From assembly GCA_965205505.1 (NCBI GenBank), contig CBDBHB010000009.1, positions 1,216,001 through 1,280,000 of the forward strand: DNA of 64,000 nt. The letters are read 5' to 3'. The number at the start of each line of letters is the position of its first letter. Position 1 is the stretch's first letter. The stretch is from Acidobacteriota bacterium. GTDB lineage: Bacteria; Acidobacteriota; UBA890; WLXD01. Shown one piece after another: positions 49,130 to 59,934 of this stretch. The notes beneath the pieces were generated by a model. It was not told the DNA's origin. It made no database searches and saw nothing but the letters and a program-made list of their open reading frames with translations. The translations under genes were made by a program, and so were the position numbers.

Positions 49130-50233
49130 CTACTCTGGGATCTCAAAGCCACTATCCGTGAAGAATGGCACGTCGATCTCCCTTAGACCAAACGCTCGAT
49201 AGATGTACGAAAGAAGCTGGCGAGCCGTGTCATCCGTGATATCGGTCGTTCGCACTCGAACGCGTAGACTCCGGAAGTGTGATCCAGGGTAAGTGCCAAA
49301 ACGTATCGGGGCGTAGAAGCCCATGGTTCCGGGCTGGCCCGGAATGAGTTGGAGCTGGGTTGCGTTCCGAATAACACAGACCAGCTGCAGACCGGTGAGG
49401 CTTCGGGAAGGATCGGGCCCGCCTGTCTGGACCGTCCATCCCACGCGGCGTCCGCCTGGGGACCTCATAGCCTCGCGAAACGCATCTTCATCTACTGCTA
49501 AGAGCCCTCGTCGAGGCTGAACGGCCGTCGCACCTAACCAGAAGAACGGAACGGCACCCACGTCATTGGCAACCCGTCGTTCCAGTTCTCTCGCGAGCAC
49601 CTCGCCGTGATTGATCTCCAGTACGACTGTCTCGAAGCTGTCTGCATCCTGCAGCAGCTGCTCCTCCTCTTCTCGAGCGAGTCGGATCGTTAGCGTCGAC
49701 AGCCGACCCTCGATCCCCTCAAGAGATCGACCTACAAAATCCCCGCGGAACGCTGAGCGGATTTCGTCCCTCGTCATTTCGCGCTTGCCAGCTTCATGCC
49801 GAATCACGAACACCGTAGAGCGCTCAAACGTGACCATGTGAGGAGTATCGGGGCTCTGCGGATATCTGATGGCGACAACATCATGGCCATCGACTCGCCG
49901 GGCCCTAACCTCAAGACCCCCTATACGGGGGCTAATGTGGTCGAGACAAAGATCGCTGACGCTGCGGACAAGCGCGTTGGGGTCAGGAATCGCATCTGCT
50001 TCAAATGTCTGCGCTCGACCCTGACCGTCGTCCCTGAGCCCGACGAAAAGATAGCCTCCACCCCCGTTCGCTAGTGAAGCTACGTCTCTGAGCAGCTCCA
50101 TGCGGTCGGTCGACGAGCTGTGGTTCAACCGGGCCTTGTATTCAAGGTGTTGGCGTTCGCATACGTGATCGCGAACCAGGCGAGCGATCTCGTCGTCTTC
50201 GATGTTGTCGAGCGACCGAGCCTCGAAGACCAA
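49130..50233 (-). CDS. Schlafen/AlbA_2-domain protein
   Basis: ERQHLEYK, DVASLANGGGGYLFVGL. Confidence 0.82.
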   Translation of the reverse strand: MVFEARSLDNIEDDEIARLVRDHVCERQHLEYKARLNHSSSTDRMELLRDVASLANGGGGYLFVGLRDDGQGRAQTFEADAIPDPNALVRSVSDLCLDHISPRIGGLEVRARRVDGHDVVAIRYPQSPDTPHMVTFERSTVFVIRHEAGKREMTRDEIRSAFRGDFVGRSLEGIEGRLSTLTIRLAREEEEQLLQDADSFETVVLEINHGEVLARELERRVANDVGAVPFFWLGATAVQPRRGLLAVDEDAFREAMRSPGGRRVGWTVQTGGPDPSRSLTGLQLVCVIRNATQLQLIPGQPGTMGFYAPIRFGTYPGSHFRSLRVRVRTTDITDDTARQLLSYIYRAFGLREIDVPFFTDSGFEIPE

Positions 50234-50394
50234 CTTGAGAACTCCGTGGGTTTCAGCGGCGGAGAGCGAACGGACTCGCGCAGAGCGGAGTCGACCTATA
50301 GCGTGGACGAGGTGATTCCAGCGTCGTCTGCTCGTTCAAGACGTGTGTCACAATGCTGCGCATGACTCGCCGAGATGAGCCCTGCTTAGAAACA

Positions 50395-50568
50395 ATGCCT
50401 AATCCCGGCAAGCCTGACCCGTACCGCGTGGTTTTGGAGCAGCTCAAGCGCCATCCGATCAAGAAATGGGCCTACTCCGAGGCTGGAATCTCGCGGCAAT
50501 CGTTCTACGCGAAGATGGACAGAGACCCGGACTTGCGCGGTGCGGGTTTAGGCGGGCGATGGCGATAG
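50395..50568 (+). pseudogene. Phage-type HTH fragment
   Basis: AYSEAGISRQSFYAKMDRDPD. Confidence 0.4.
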
Positions 50569-50796
50569 GGCAGAGGAAGCTAACTCCGCACACGTCACCG
50601 GAGAGTATCCTCGCTTGGTCGGATCCCGAGACGTTTTCCCTGCGGCGCGAGCACAAGGTGGGAACGTCAAGCCGCTACACGATCGTCGTCAGCGATCATA
50701 GGGATCCCGGGGGCTTACAGGCGACGTGGGGGACAACACTCCACGAGATTGACGCAAGCCCTCTGCCGGGGTCGCTCCACTCGACCGGCGCAGACT

Positions 50797-51415
50797 TCAC
50801 GACTGTCGAGCCTGGAACGCTTTCAGCAGCGGTGTCAGAACCGCTTCCATCCGGATCAGGCGCTCGACCATCCAGGCTCGGATTTCCGTGAGGTCGTCAT
50901 CGGATGATTGGATCGATCCGTGGCGGTAAACGGCGATACGACAGGCTCGTTTACCCTCAAGCTGTTCCCATTCCAGTGGCTCTCCAAGCTCGTCCTCGAG
51001 TTGTTCCCGCCGTGCGTGTAGCCAATCGAACAACGCCTGGTTTTCGCCTTCGTCGCCCCGGTCAATATAGAGTTCAACCCGCACTCGGTCGCCGAGGGTG
51101 AAGGCAGTCGCGTAGTTGATCCCCGAGAATCCAGACGCGAATGAGGACCAATTCTGGGGCTGGGCGCGACGCGCCCCGGTGAAACGGTGTTGTTCACGAA
51201 GCTCATCGATTAGCGGCTGGTAGAACGCTAGATACGCTTCGCCTCTGCGTGTGACGGTACGCTGTGCAGTGCGTTTTCTGCCTCTCTGCCACTCGTTGGG
51301 GAATACGACGAGCTTGAAGTTGTATGCAGGCTTGGAGTCGTCGATCTTGAGAACCTCGACAACGACGCCGAAGAAGCTCGTGTTGTCGTCGGTGCGCTCG
51401 TTGAGCCACTCGACC
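50797..51415 (-). pseudogene. DUF4268-domain protein lacking its N-terminus
   Basis: WLNERTD..FFGV.VE, PNEW, RVELYID, LEWEQLEGKRACRI. Confidence 0.8.
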
Positions 51416-51748
51416 CGACGCCGTCGACGCCGCTGGGGCTGACGGCGCGGGTGGCGCCGTCCTGGGGGCGGCCAGGCCACGAGCGGCGCCGAGACGCTGT
51501 GGGGCCGGGAGACGATGGCGGGGATGGCGCACGGAAGCGTCCCCTCCGGCAGCCGCTTCGTCGGGACGCCGCGAGTCGGCTTCGCGACCTCGGAGTACGG
51601 GCGAGACTACCGGCTGGGCTACAGCCTAGGGATGCTGGGCGGAGCGGGTCTGGACTTCGAGCTGGGCGTCGACGCGCAGCGTCGGGAAACCCCGATTACC
51701 AAGGGCGCCGACCACGGCCTGCTCGGGCGAGCCACGGTGCGCTGGTAA
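51412..51748 (+). pseudogene. C-terminal beta-barrel (autotransporter-like) relic
   Basis: DPTPSTPLGLTARVAPSWG, GTPRVGFATSEYGRDYRLGY, terminal RATVRW; frameshift in a G-run. Confidence 0.65.
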
Positions 51749-52326
51749 ACGTGACTCCAAGGGTGAACGCGGCGCCGCGAATGCGAGATCTCCTTGTCAG
51801 AATCGCCCACTGCCCGAATGTCCGGCGCTGTCTAAGCGGCACCGATTCAGGCCATCCTTGCTATGGCGTCGTTACCGCGCAGCGGGAGTTTCCTGGCCTG
51901 CACCTGCTTCAGTAGCGCGTGCAGGCGCCGGTACCGACGCACTCAGTAGCGGGTGGCGACGAAACGTCGCCACCGCTGGGGCGTTGCCTGAGCGCAGAGG
52001 AAGTATCCGGTGTTGTGCGATGCCGTTGTCGCTGAGCTCCGGCACCGGCCTGAGGTGCACAGCTTTCCTACTCAGTAGGCCCTCGCGCCTCGTTGCCAGT
52101 CGGCGGCGTAGATGATGTGGTTCGAGACTGATGCCGGGATCGGACGACTGCCGGCGACCGGGATCGCGCGCGGTCCAGTTCAACAGCGTCAGCGCGCGCC
52201 TCAAGCGGGCGGTATGGAGCGGAGCAATGCTTCGTTCGTGGCACGGGCTGCAGAGGGCGACGTCAAGGCGGTACGGCTCGGCCAGAGGATCTGGATAGAT
52301 CCCCAGCAGGAGCCTACAATATCTCC

Positions 52327-52701
52327 ATGACCAGCTTCCGGATTTTAGTGACGGTGCTCGCCGTGATTCACGCGGTGTTCGCAGGACTCACGGCCCTGGT
52401 TGGAGCATTCGCGAACGGTGGAGACGTTTGGCAACGGTTGCTGGTGATCCTCCTTCACCCTCTTGGCGCTGCGGGAGTGCTACTGCTCGTGTTGCGGCCC
52501 CGCCTCACCACGACGACGATCCTCGCCCTAGTGGCGCTCCTGACGGCGAACGTGATCGCCGACCTAGGCTTTGCGCAACTGATGGCCGCGGGCAGAGTGC
52601 TGGGAGATTGGGAGCTTGCGCTGACATTTTCGGTGGTTCCGGCGATCGGGATTGTCTACGCGCTGGCCCTGCTGCGCACGGCTCGCGGAATCGCCGGGTA
52701 A
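52327..52701 (+). CDS. Small membrane protein
   Basis: Four TM segments, intact ORF. Confidence 0.7.
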   Translation: MTSFRILVTVLAVIHAVFAGLTALVGAFANGGDVWQRLLVILLHPLGAAGVLLLVLRPRLTTTTILALVALLTANVIADLGFAQLMAAGRVLGDWELALTFSVVPAIGIVYALALLRTARGIAG

Positions 52702-52959
52702 AGGCACGGCGCCGGATCGATATAGTCGATGTGGCAGCGGCGACGGCGAGGACGGAGAAACGGGGAAAAGACACTCCCCGCACAAATGGACCCGGCCTAG
52801 AGGCGTTGATCAACACGCGGTCCTGGTCGGTGAGCGGCGCAGTTTCGGCAGCGCTCGGTGGCCCTAGCGCGCGAGCTAGATCCGGACCTACCCGGGCAAG
52901 GTCAAGAATACCAGCTGCTTCCTGACGGACATGGCACGGCCGCATCGAAGGGCACGAGG

Positions 52960-53272
52960 TCATCGGTGCCGCCGCGTGGGTGCCGGCATGCATGGCTCAG
53001 CCGACATTCGTGCGTTCCAGGCCGAGGTTCTCGAGGAACACGTGCGCACCCATCGGTCGCTTCTAATGGATACAGCCATCTACGAATGCAACATCGGCCA
53101 CGACACAAACGGCAACCCTCGACTGGGTAAGAGCCGTACGCGAGGACGCATCGACGCACTGGAAGCCGCCGTCCTGGCGGTGGGATTGGGGCGCTGGTGG
53201 CGCTTGCCGTCTCCGGACCGCACAGTTGTCCGTAGCCCATACGACTACGTGCTCACCGAGATCTACACCTGA
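52960..53272 (+). pseudogene. Terminase large subunit C-terminal fragment
   Basis: DTNGNPRLGKSRTRGRIDALEAAVLAVG. Confidence 0.65.
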
Positions 53273-53533
53273 CGGCTGGGGCCGAACCTGCTCACGAAGG
53301 CGCTGGCGAAAATCGGGCGCCGACGGATCTCATCGTTGGTCCGCGCCCATCTACGGGACAATGGCTACCTGGTGCCGGCGGGCACGACTTGGTCTCCGAT
53401 CCTGAACTACGTGCACGGTACCGGAGATCCTTGGCTGTTCGATCTCTACAAGGCCGGGCTCCCGTCCACGCCCGATATCGCGGTGAGTCCCTGAAGGAGA
53501 GCCGTTGCACCCATACCAGCGGCGCTGACTCAT

Positions 53534-53937
53534 CCGGTATAAGCGGTACAGCCGGTACAGACCATGCCCGGCCGACAGGGCTTGTACCGGATGTACCGGT
53601 TGAAAGGATGCCTTCCGCGAAACAGTGCCGAGAAAGCGGGCCCGAACACGGAACCGGCTCAGGCAGATGCCGAGTGAAGTGTTTTGCTTTGAGTGTCGCG
53701 GAGCGATTGATCCGACGATCCCATGCGGAAAGCGTCAGCATGCACGTGTGCGGGCGAAGGCTGCATCTTCGGGCTGCTTCCGCTCCGATCCCGGAGCTGC
53801 TCGAGGCCATCCGCGTTCACAAGGACGAGATTCTCGAAGCACTCCAGAATGACCGCCGGAGCCTATCGATCGGCTGCCTGAAGCCACCGGAGCCGATGCG
53901 GACAGTGTCCCGGCTGCCACGGCGGATTGCAGCCTGA
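53534..53937 (+). other. Third iteron cluster plus a short phage-type helical ORF relic
   Basis: cggtata/cggtaca/cggtaca facing tgtaccgg twice; LRAASAPIPELLEAIRVHKDEILEAL. Confidence 0.45.
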
Positions 53938-54307
53938 CGAAGAGAGCTCACCTTGTGCAGCCTTGCCGTAGAGCTATATTGGGCGGGGTGCGCCCGACTT
54001 CATGGTAGCGTCGCTTCGGGTCGTCCCACGCCACTAAACCGGACGAAGGATGGAAGAATGGACGAAGAAACGTGCAGCCTTGAAATTTTGCCGTAGCCTA
54101 TTCGCGACTAGCAACCTGATCGGAACCGACTTCGACGATGTTCGGGTGATGGAAATCGTGAAGCGAGACTTCCCGCAACAACCCGGCGGAGACAGCGTGC
54201 ACGTCACGTTCTCCGTTAGCTGGCACGCAATCGGGAAGGCTGGTGAGGACGCGCACGGCGCCTTGGAGGTGCTTCTCCCGAGTGAATGAAACCGCCTGGA
54301 ACTCTCG

Positions 54308-54738
54308 TGACCTGACCCGCTGAAACAGATCCAGAAGTAATCACATGATCTGGGTCGAGAAAGGGAGGTCAGAGTGGTGAGTAAGAGGCACAGCGCCGAG
54401 CAGATCGTGCGCAAGCTCCGAGAGGCAAGGGGCCGGTGGTCGATAGCCCAGCGAGCTGTGCGGTCGAACTCGGTTGTACTGCTGCCGCCACCTCTCGATC
54501 AGAACCCGTGCCTGCTTGAGCGTGTAGAAGATCTCCCGGTCCAGCAGCTCGTCGCGGAGCTTGCCGTTGAAGCTCTCCACGTAACCGTTGTCCTTAAGGC
54601 GAGCCCGGCTCCATCAACAGCCTCCCACTAAGGCGCTGTTGTTGAACCCCGCTCCGCTACGCTCCGCCGGCTTCAACAACCCCTTGTCGGCACCGTGTTA
54701 CTGAGATAAGACGTGGTACTAACCGCGGGGTCAGGTCA
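54308..54738. mobile_element. Internally deleted and inverted IS-A relative (mini-IS3)
   Basis: Both IS-A-like ends; orfA start on +; orfB 3' segment ([12 protein letters not shown]...RPHSSLGY) on -. Confidence 0.88.
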
Positions 54739-55127
54739 GTCGGTTGTCGATCCTGCAACCGCGTAGAGGACACTGTGCTTTACGTGCCTTCGCTCGCAGT
54801 CTGAAGGACGGACTGATAGGGAGTACGCAATGAGCGAGACTTGGCGGTTCTCCCCCTCTGGTCTCGTATACGGTCGTGCCTAGATCGCTCCGATTGGATC
54901 GGACGCCGGAGGAACTCGGTCGAGAGTTCCTGGCGATGCAGACACGCATCGACCTGTCGCGTCTGTGCCGCCAGGGCCGCTGGCGACGGTTGCCCTGAAT
55001 CAAGTCGGCCCAATACGTCAATGTCCGCTGTCGGGACCGAAGTCGTCGCTCAGCATGGAGCCACCCCAGTGCGGAGTTTCATCTCGCATCCACCGTCATA
55101 GTCCGTTGCGATGCAATGCCTCTGGAC

Positions 55128-55853
55128 TCATGATATTGCAACCTTCGGTTCGGGCATTTGATTCCAGATGCGGTTGTCCAGCATCCGGCCTGTCTTCTTC
55201 TTGAATACGCCGCCCCATTGTTTAAAGAAGAACGGCACATTGCTTTGCAGGCAGTTGTCGCGGATGTCCCGTACCCAGTCCGCTTCCATTGGCCGCGCGC
55301 CCGGCCCGGATTCGCCGCCGACGATGACCCAATCGATCTCTTGAAGCGGTATTTCCGCCAACGGTCCGAGCAAGGGTTCGAGAGACAAGAACTTCGTATG
55401 GGCTCCGGTTGCCTTAAGTTGATCTAATCTTCGCATCCACCGTTCGGACTCGATGCTGGTGCCGAGCCATATGTTCGACGTCCAGCACAGTCTCTCGTCC
55501 AGCGCTACGACGCGGCCCGGCCGCTTCGTTAGCACCTGAAAGGTATGCTGCGATGCGCGATTCATGACTTCAAAAACGGCCTCGATGAACCGCGATGATA
55601 CCGACTCATGGAAAAGATCGGACATGGAATTCACGAATACAAGGCGCGGTCTGCACCATTTCAACGGCTCGTCCAGAGTGGACTCGTGAACGACTACCGA
55701 GAATCCCCGCCTATATTTGTCCAACCCCATAGCCCGTAGTCTCTTAGCCATGCGCTCCGCATAGCAGAACTGGCAGCCGTGGCTGATTTTGGTGCAGCCC
55801 GTTACCGGGTTCCAGGTAGCCTCGGTCCATTCGATTGCGGAGCGTGTAGACAT
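55128..55853 (-). CDS. DUF5131 / phage Gp37-Gp68 family protein
   Basis: [52 protein letters not shown]. Confidence 0.93.
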   Translation of the reverse strand: MSTRSAIEWTEATWNPVTGCTKISHGCQFCYAERMAKRLRAMGLDKYRRGFSVVVHESTLDEPLKWCRPRLVFVNSMSDLFHESVSSRFIEAVFEVMNRASQHTFQVLTKRPGRVVALDERLCWTSNIWLGTSIESERWMRRLDQLKATGAHTKFLSLEPLLGPLAEIPLQEIDWVIVGGESGPGARPMEADWVRDIRDNCLQSNVPFFFKQWGGVFKKKTGRMLDNRIWNQMPEPKVAIS

Positions 55854-55855
55854 CG

Positions 55856-56716
55856 CTACAGACGTTCTAAGATATGCGTGGCAATGTTTGTGGCGACCTG
55901 CTTGCCCCTTGGATTGCCGACGCAGAACAGAAATTCAAACAATGGGGACTTCTTGGAGTTCTTTAAGGTTCTGGATTGCGTCAGCAATCTGTCTCCGAAC
56001 AACCTACCGAGCTTGTCCTTGTAGACTTCGAGAAGCCCACCAACACCGGGATCCCTCTCCTGATCTGTATCCCCAAACAGGGTTGGTTGAGGGCTGTTCC
56101 GGTAGAGTTCCCGCCAGCTCTCATCGCGAAAAACCAGTTCCAACCGCTTGACCCATTGGACTGAAATATCGTCCGGTTGCTTCGATCTTGGAAGCATCCG
56201 CGCGATCGCCGACACGGGGAATAGAATCCATGTGTCCAGTGCATTGAAGGCCGCTATTGTTTGGATAGTGGACCACTCGACGTCAGTTGCAAAGGGGTCC
56301 AAGAAAAGGACGCCACGCCATCGGCACCAATCTTCGTTGAGATTGGACAGAAATTTGTTTGCATCGGAGTTCTCTATTGAGATATTTCTTCCAGGATTAG
56401 TAGCACGCACCTCCTCTAGTCGCGCACATCGGCGAGAATCTTCCTCAACGAAGATCAGTCTGTCGAAAGGCTTATCCTTAATGCTGACAGCTCGCTCAAC
56501 GGAGCCACTCACGAAGTGGCGGATCTCGTTATCGTCCTCATCGCTGGGCACTACGATCCGGCCCGTGCCCGCAAATGCGTCTATGTACAAAAGCTTGAAC
56601 GGCTGACTCTTCAACGCCGTCGTGTACGCGTCGAGATAACTCTCCAATATGCCAAGCTTCTCGAGTGTCCATGCTCCACCGAACAGCGTGGATGAGTTCT
56701 GTTCTAGGTCTCTCAT
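55856..56716 (-). CDS. tcmP: Three-Cys-motif partner protein (SAM-methyltransferase-like)
   Basis: [26 protein letters not shown]; adjacent to DUF5131. Confidence 0.9.
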   Translation of the reverse strand: MRDLEQNSSTLFGGAWTLEKLGILESYLDAYTTALKSQPFKLLYIDAFAGTGRIVVPSDEDDNEIRHFVSGSVERAVSIKDKPFDRLIFVEEDSRRCARLEEVRATNPGRNISIENSDANKFLSNLNEDWCRWRGVLFLDPFATDVEWSTIQTIAAFNALDTWILFPVSAIARMLPRSKQPDDISVQWVKRLELVFRDESWRELYRNSPQPTLFGDTDQERDPGVGGLLEVYKDKLGRLFGDRLLTQSRTLKNSKKSPLFEFLFCVGNPRGKQVATNIATHILERL

Positions 56717-56820
56717 TCTTTCAGGTCCGCAATCTTCAAGCTCTCGATCCCGCGGTTGTCCACGATCTTGACCGCTGCTCGTCCGTGTTCCACCGGCTTC
56801 GAAGGCAGGGAGACAGTTGC
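56713..56820 (-). pseudogene. C-terminal relic of a type III Mod-like DNA methyltransferase
   Basis: TVSLP...[25 protein letters not shown]-stop; stop overlaps the tcmP ATG. Confidence 0.65.
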
Positions 56821-56972
56821 CGCGATGCAGCTAACGATCGCGATGCCCATCGGATACCGTTGAACGGTACCCTTGATCGCGGCTGCCGGAACGCTGCGGT
56901 GCGGTTGGTCGAATTCGTAGCTCAGTTGGGCCGTGAGATTGAGAGGCGTCCATTGTGTGAAGATATCTGACC

Positions 56973-57200
56973 ATGTCTGTGAACGACCGTGTTTCCACTG
57001 ATTGTAGCGAAGTCGAGGCGCTCACACTCGATCTGGTCGGACCCTGGGCGGGCCATGAACTTGACGCTGAGCAGTTGCCGGGCCGTGAGCGCCCGTCGAA
57101 CTGGTACGTGGCCGGTTTTCTCATCCCAACGGACACACCAGCCGACCGGCGTGCTGATGCGGACGAGGACGAGGACCTGCATACGGTCCCCGACGCGGCC
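56973..57200 (+). pseudogene. N-terminal fragment resembling DISARM helicase DrmA
   Basis: LDLVGPWAGHELDAEQLPGRERPSNWYVAGFLIP. Confidence 0.65.
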
Positions 57201-57203
57201 GGT

Positions 57204-57550
57204 CTACCTGCCGCGTCGATCACCCGCCGCGTGAGTACTTCGGCAGAGGCGATTTGCCGGTGGCGGATGTCCTCGGCGCCGAGCGCCCGGTAGATCCCTT
57301 GCCCGTGGATCCGGCACACGCGGCCGATGCCGGTGATGCCGGGCGGGTTCTCTTCGGCGGCCACGCCTTGGGCGATGAGGGCATGGACCGCGCGGCGCAC
57401 CTTCTCGATGTGGCAACCCAGAACCTCGTCCACTGCGCCCGGGTGAAGACACCGCCGTGTAGACAGGCCAGGGCGATCCATTCGGCGCGGCGTCCCGTCC
57501 AGCCGAAGGCCTCCAGCGCCTTTCTCGCGTCCCTTCAGATGGGCGATCAT
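57204..57550 (-). pseudogene. Frameshifted fragment of a winged-helix mobile-element protein
   Basis: MIAHLKGREK / ALEAFGWTGRRAEWIAL.CLHGGVFTRAQ / IYRALGAEDIRHR in shifting frames. Confidence 0.5.
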
Positions 57551-57740
57551 CGCTGCTGCGTCTCTCTGTGGGGCTGCCCGGGGGCCAGAACATCGGAGGC
57601 GAACCGGATAGCCGGTTCAGGAACCGTTACGGTGGCATCCGAACTACATTGAGGAGTCCGCTTTCTGCGGTTTCACAACGGGCAATGAGGCGATGCCCCA
57701 GGGTCTCCAGCTGAGTGCCAGGTGTGGACTAGGCTCCGCC

Positions 57741-57832
57741 GGTCGGCTTCGCCCGGAATCGGTGGACGGCATACGTCGGAATCACTGGACAGCATCGATC
57801 GGAATCGGTGGACAGCTTGGCCGGAATACGCA
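57741..57832. mobile_element. Solo IS21-family end
   Basis: CGGAAT repeats at 57754, 57777, 57800 and 57822 (23/23/22-bp period) ending in GGAATACGCA. Confidence 0.8.
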
Positions 57833-57928
57833 CCGGGAGACTGGTGAGGTCACAGCGGCCGTGGCGCATCGCGTGGACAAGCGGACCCTTGGAGAGTCAG
57901 TTCGAAAGCAGCGCGGTCCGGGCCGATG

Positions 57929-59510
57929 TCAGACGATGACCTCAAGGGCATAGCGCCGATCCAGGTACGGGTGCGCAAACTGGTTGCGGTAGCTGCGCAG
58001 GCAACCGTAGCAGCTGGAGTCGCAGCCGCAGTTTCCTTGGACTCGCTGCCTCGCGTTGGCGAGTACCTCGTCGAACACAATCCCCTGCTCCATTTGGGCC
58101 ACCAGCCCGGCGCCGCCGGGCACGTTGTCGTACAGCACGATGGCGGACTCGCCGGGATTGCCTCCGCCAGCGATCGTCGCGTTCAGGTCGGTGTCCGGAA
58201 CATCCAGGGTCTCCGCCGCGCCGAGCAGCATCGCATACGCGACGGAATAAGCGGCCCACTCGCCGTGCAATCCCGGAAACTGCAGACGCACGACATCGGT
58301 CACCAGTTCGTGGCCCAGCGAGAACCGTCCCAGCGTCCCGCTGCATGGAGAGTTCGACGGTGAATTGTGCGTCGCCTTGGGCGAGGTCATGTGCGCACCG
58401 CAAGAACGGCCGATAAGGAAACCCTCCCGCTTCCTGCCCTCGCTAAGGATGACAAGGGTCCCGGGTTGAGCCTTTGTAACCTGGACGCCGGAGAGGATCC
58501 TCGTTTCGGGTAGGTCATCGTCGTCAAAGCCTCGAAAAAACGGTCGCGTCGTATACAGGCGACGCGCCCGCCCGTGCGGCTCCTTCGGTTGCTTGAAGAG
58601 CGGCGTTACGAACCCGAACTCCGGTATCAGGTATTTTCGTGCATTGGGCGGTGCGGTCGGATCGCCCTCGTTCCATTGCTTGAAACTGCGCGTGTCGTTG
58701 TATCGATAATGCCGAACGGGCCATTCCTTACCGGAGACCTTCTTCACGCCGCAGGATTCCCACTCCAGTTTCCTGGCCACCACCTTGCCGCCGGGGGCAT
58801 ATTCGGCGATGGCCTGCGACAGATCGTGCTGGAGCGTAACGCCCATACGGTTGCCGTCCCGGGGACGAGTATCGAGTTCGACGACATCCACGGGGAACCC
58901 GTACTTCGGGATGACCGCCTTGCGGGACAAGAAATTAAGCGTCTGCTCGCGGGCAATGGTCTTCATGCGGTCTTCCACTCTGTCCGTGCCCTTGCGTCGG
59001 TCGAACAGATCCTGCCGGTTACGCTCCATGTCGACATAGTCCGAGCACACTTCAATCTCCACGGCAGCAAGCCGACTGTCGGACCCCGCAACCTGCTCGG
59101 TCCATGCGTCCGCTGCGAGTCCGGTGCTCTTGTGCAGGAGATCGGGAACGATCTCGCGCAGTGACGCTGCCAATGTGCTGTTGTTCTCGCAGAACGCCCT
59201 CAGGTCCAGCGTTGCGCGTGGGCTATGCCAGTCCCCAACCAAGTCCTGTACACGGTTGAATCGCATGGCGTTGCTGCCGGATCTGAAGAAGGCGGACAGG
59301 GCAGTGGCCACCATGTGCCGCAAGACGATCTTCTGGTTCGTCAACCGCAGGCGCGGCGGGTGCACCGCGCCACGGATTAGCCGATGTTCCGGATCTTCGT
59401 AGTGATACAGGTCATGGGGATTTCGGCGGCAGTACGTCAGAGCCAGGCCTGGCGTGGCCGCTCGCCCCGCCCGCCCCACGCGTTGCGTGTAGTTGAAGGG
59501 TTCCGCGCCC
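57929..59510 (-). pseudogene. C-terminal half of an SF2 helicase with a DUF1998 (MZB) domain
   Basis: Motif VI NYTQRVGRAGR, LYDNVPGGAG, CGCDSSCYGCL; ATPase motifs absent. Confidence 0.88.
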
Positions 59511-59870
59511 GTGAATGGCCGACAGCGACCGGTAGCGGCGCCTCTCGAACGTGAAGCCCCATCGAGCACTTCGACCACCAGGTCGCGGCCCCGATAAGCG
59601 CGGCGAAGCAGCATCCCCGGCTGCGGAGCACGCCATCGCGATTCAGGGATAGGCGCACGTGCAGCCGCCACACAGCGGCCCAGGATCGCCGCGGGTACCG
59701 CATACCAAATCTCTGATGCTGGGTGCGGCGGCGGCGGCTCTCAGCGGCTCTAATACGCTTGCGCCCTAGTCTGCGGGCCTTCCGCACGACCCCGGTAGCG
59801 CAACTGGGCGACGGCACCGCGGACGGAGATCGGTGATCACGCGGAGCATGGACCTCGAAATCGCGGCGCA
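59510..59870 (-). pseudogene. DUF2924 protein fragment
   Basis: PGMLLRRAYRGRDLVVEVL then GFTFERRRYRSLSAI across a frameshift. Confidence 0.75.
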
Positions 59871-59934
59871 CGAAGCCGTCGAAGATACCTCAACAACTCC
59901 CCCCTGAGGAGATCGGTCCCCCTACCGTGCCGCG

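Noticed and set aside
57741-57832. 23-bp periodic repeats as a CRISPR array
   Set aside because: No spacers of CRISPR length and no cas genes; the period and terminal TACGCA fit an IS21 end.
56973-59510. Functional DISARM or Druantia system
   Set aside because: Only truncated, oppositely oriented fragments remain; no partner genes.
57929-59671. Novel DUF2924-helicase fusion protein
   Set aside because: The joint frame arises from a frameshifted DUF2924 fragment at a deletion junction; helicase ATPase motifs are missing.
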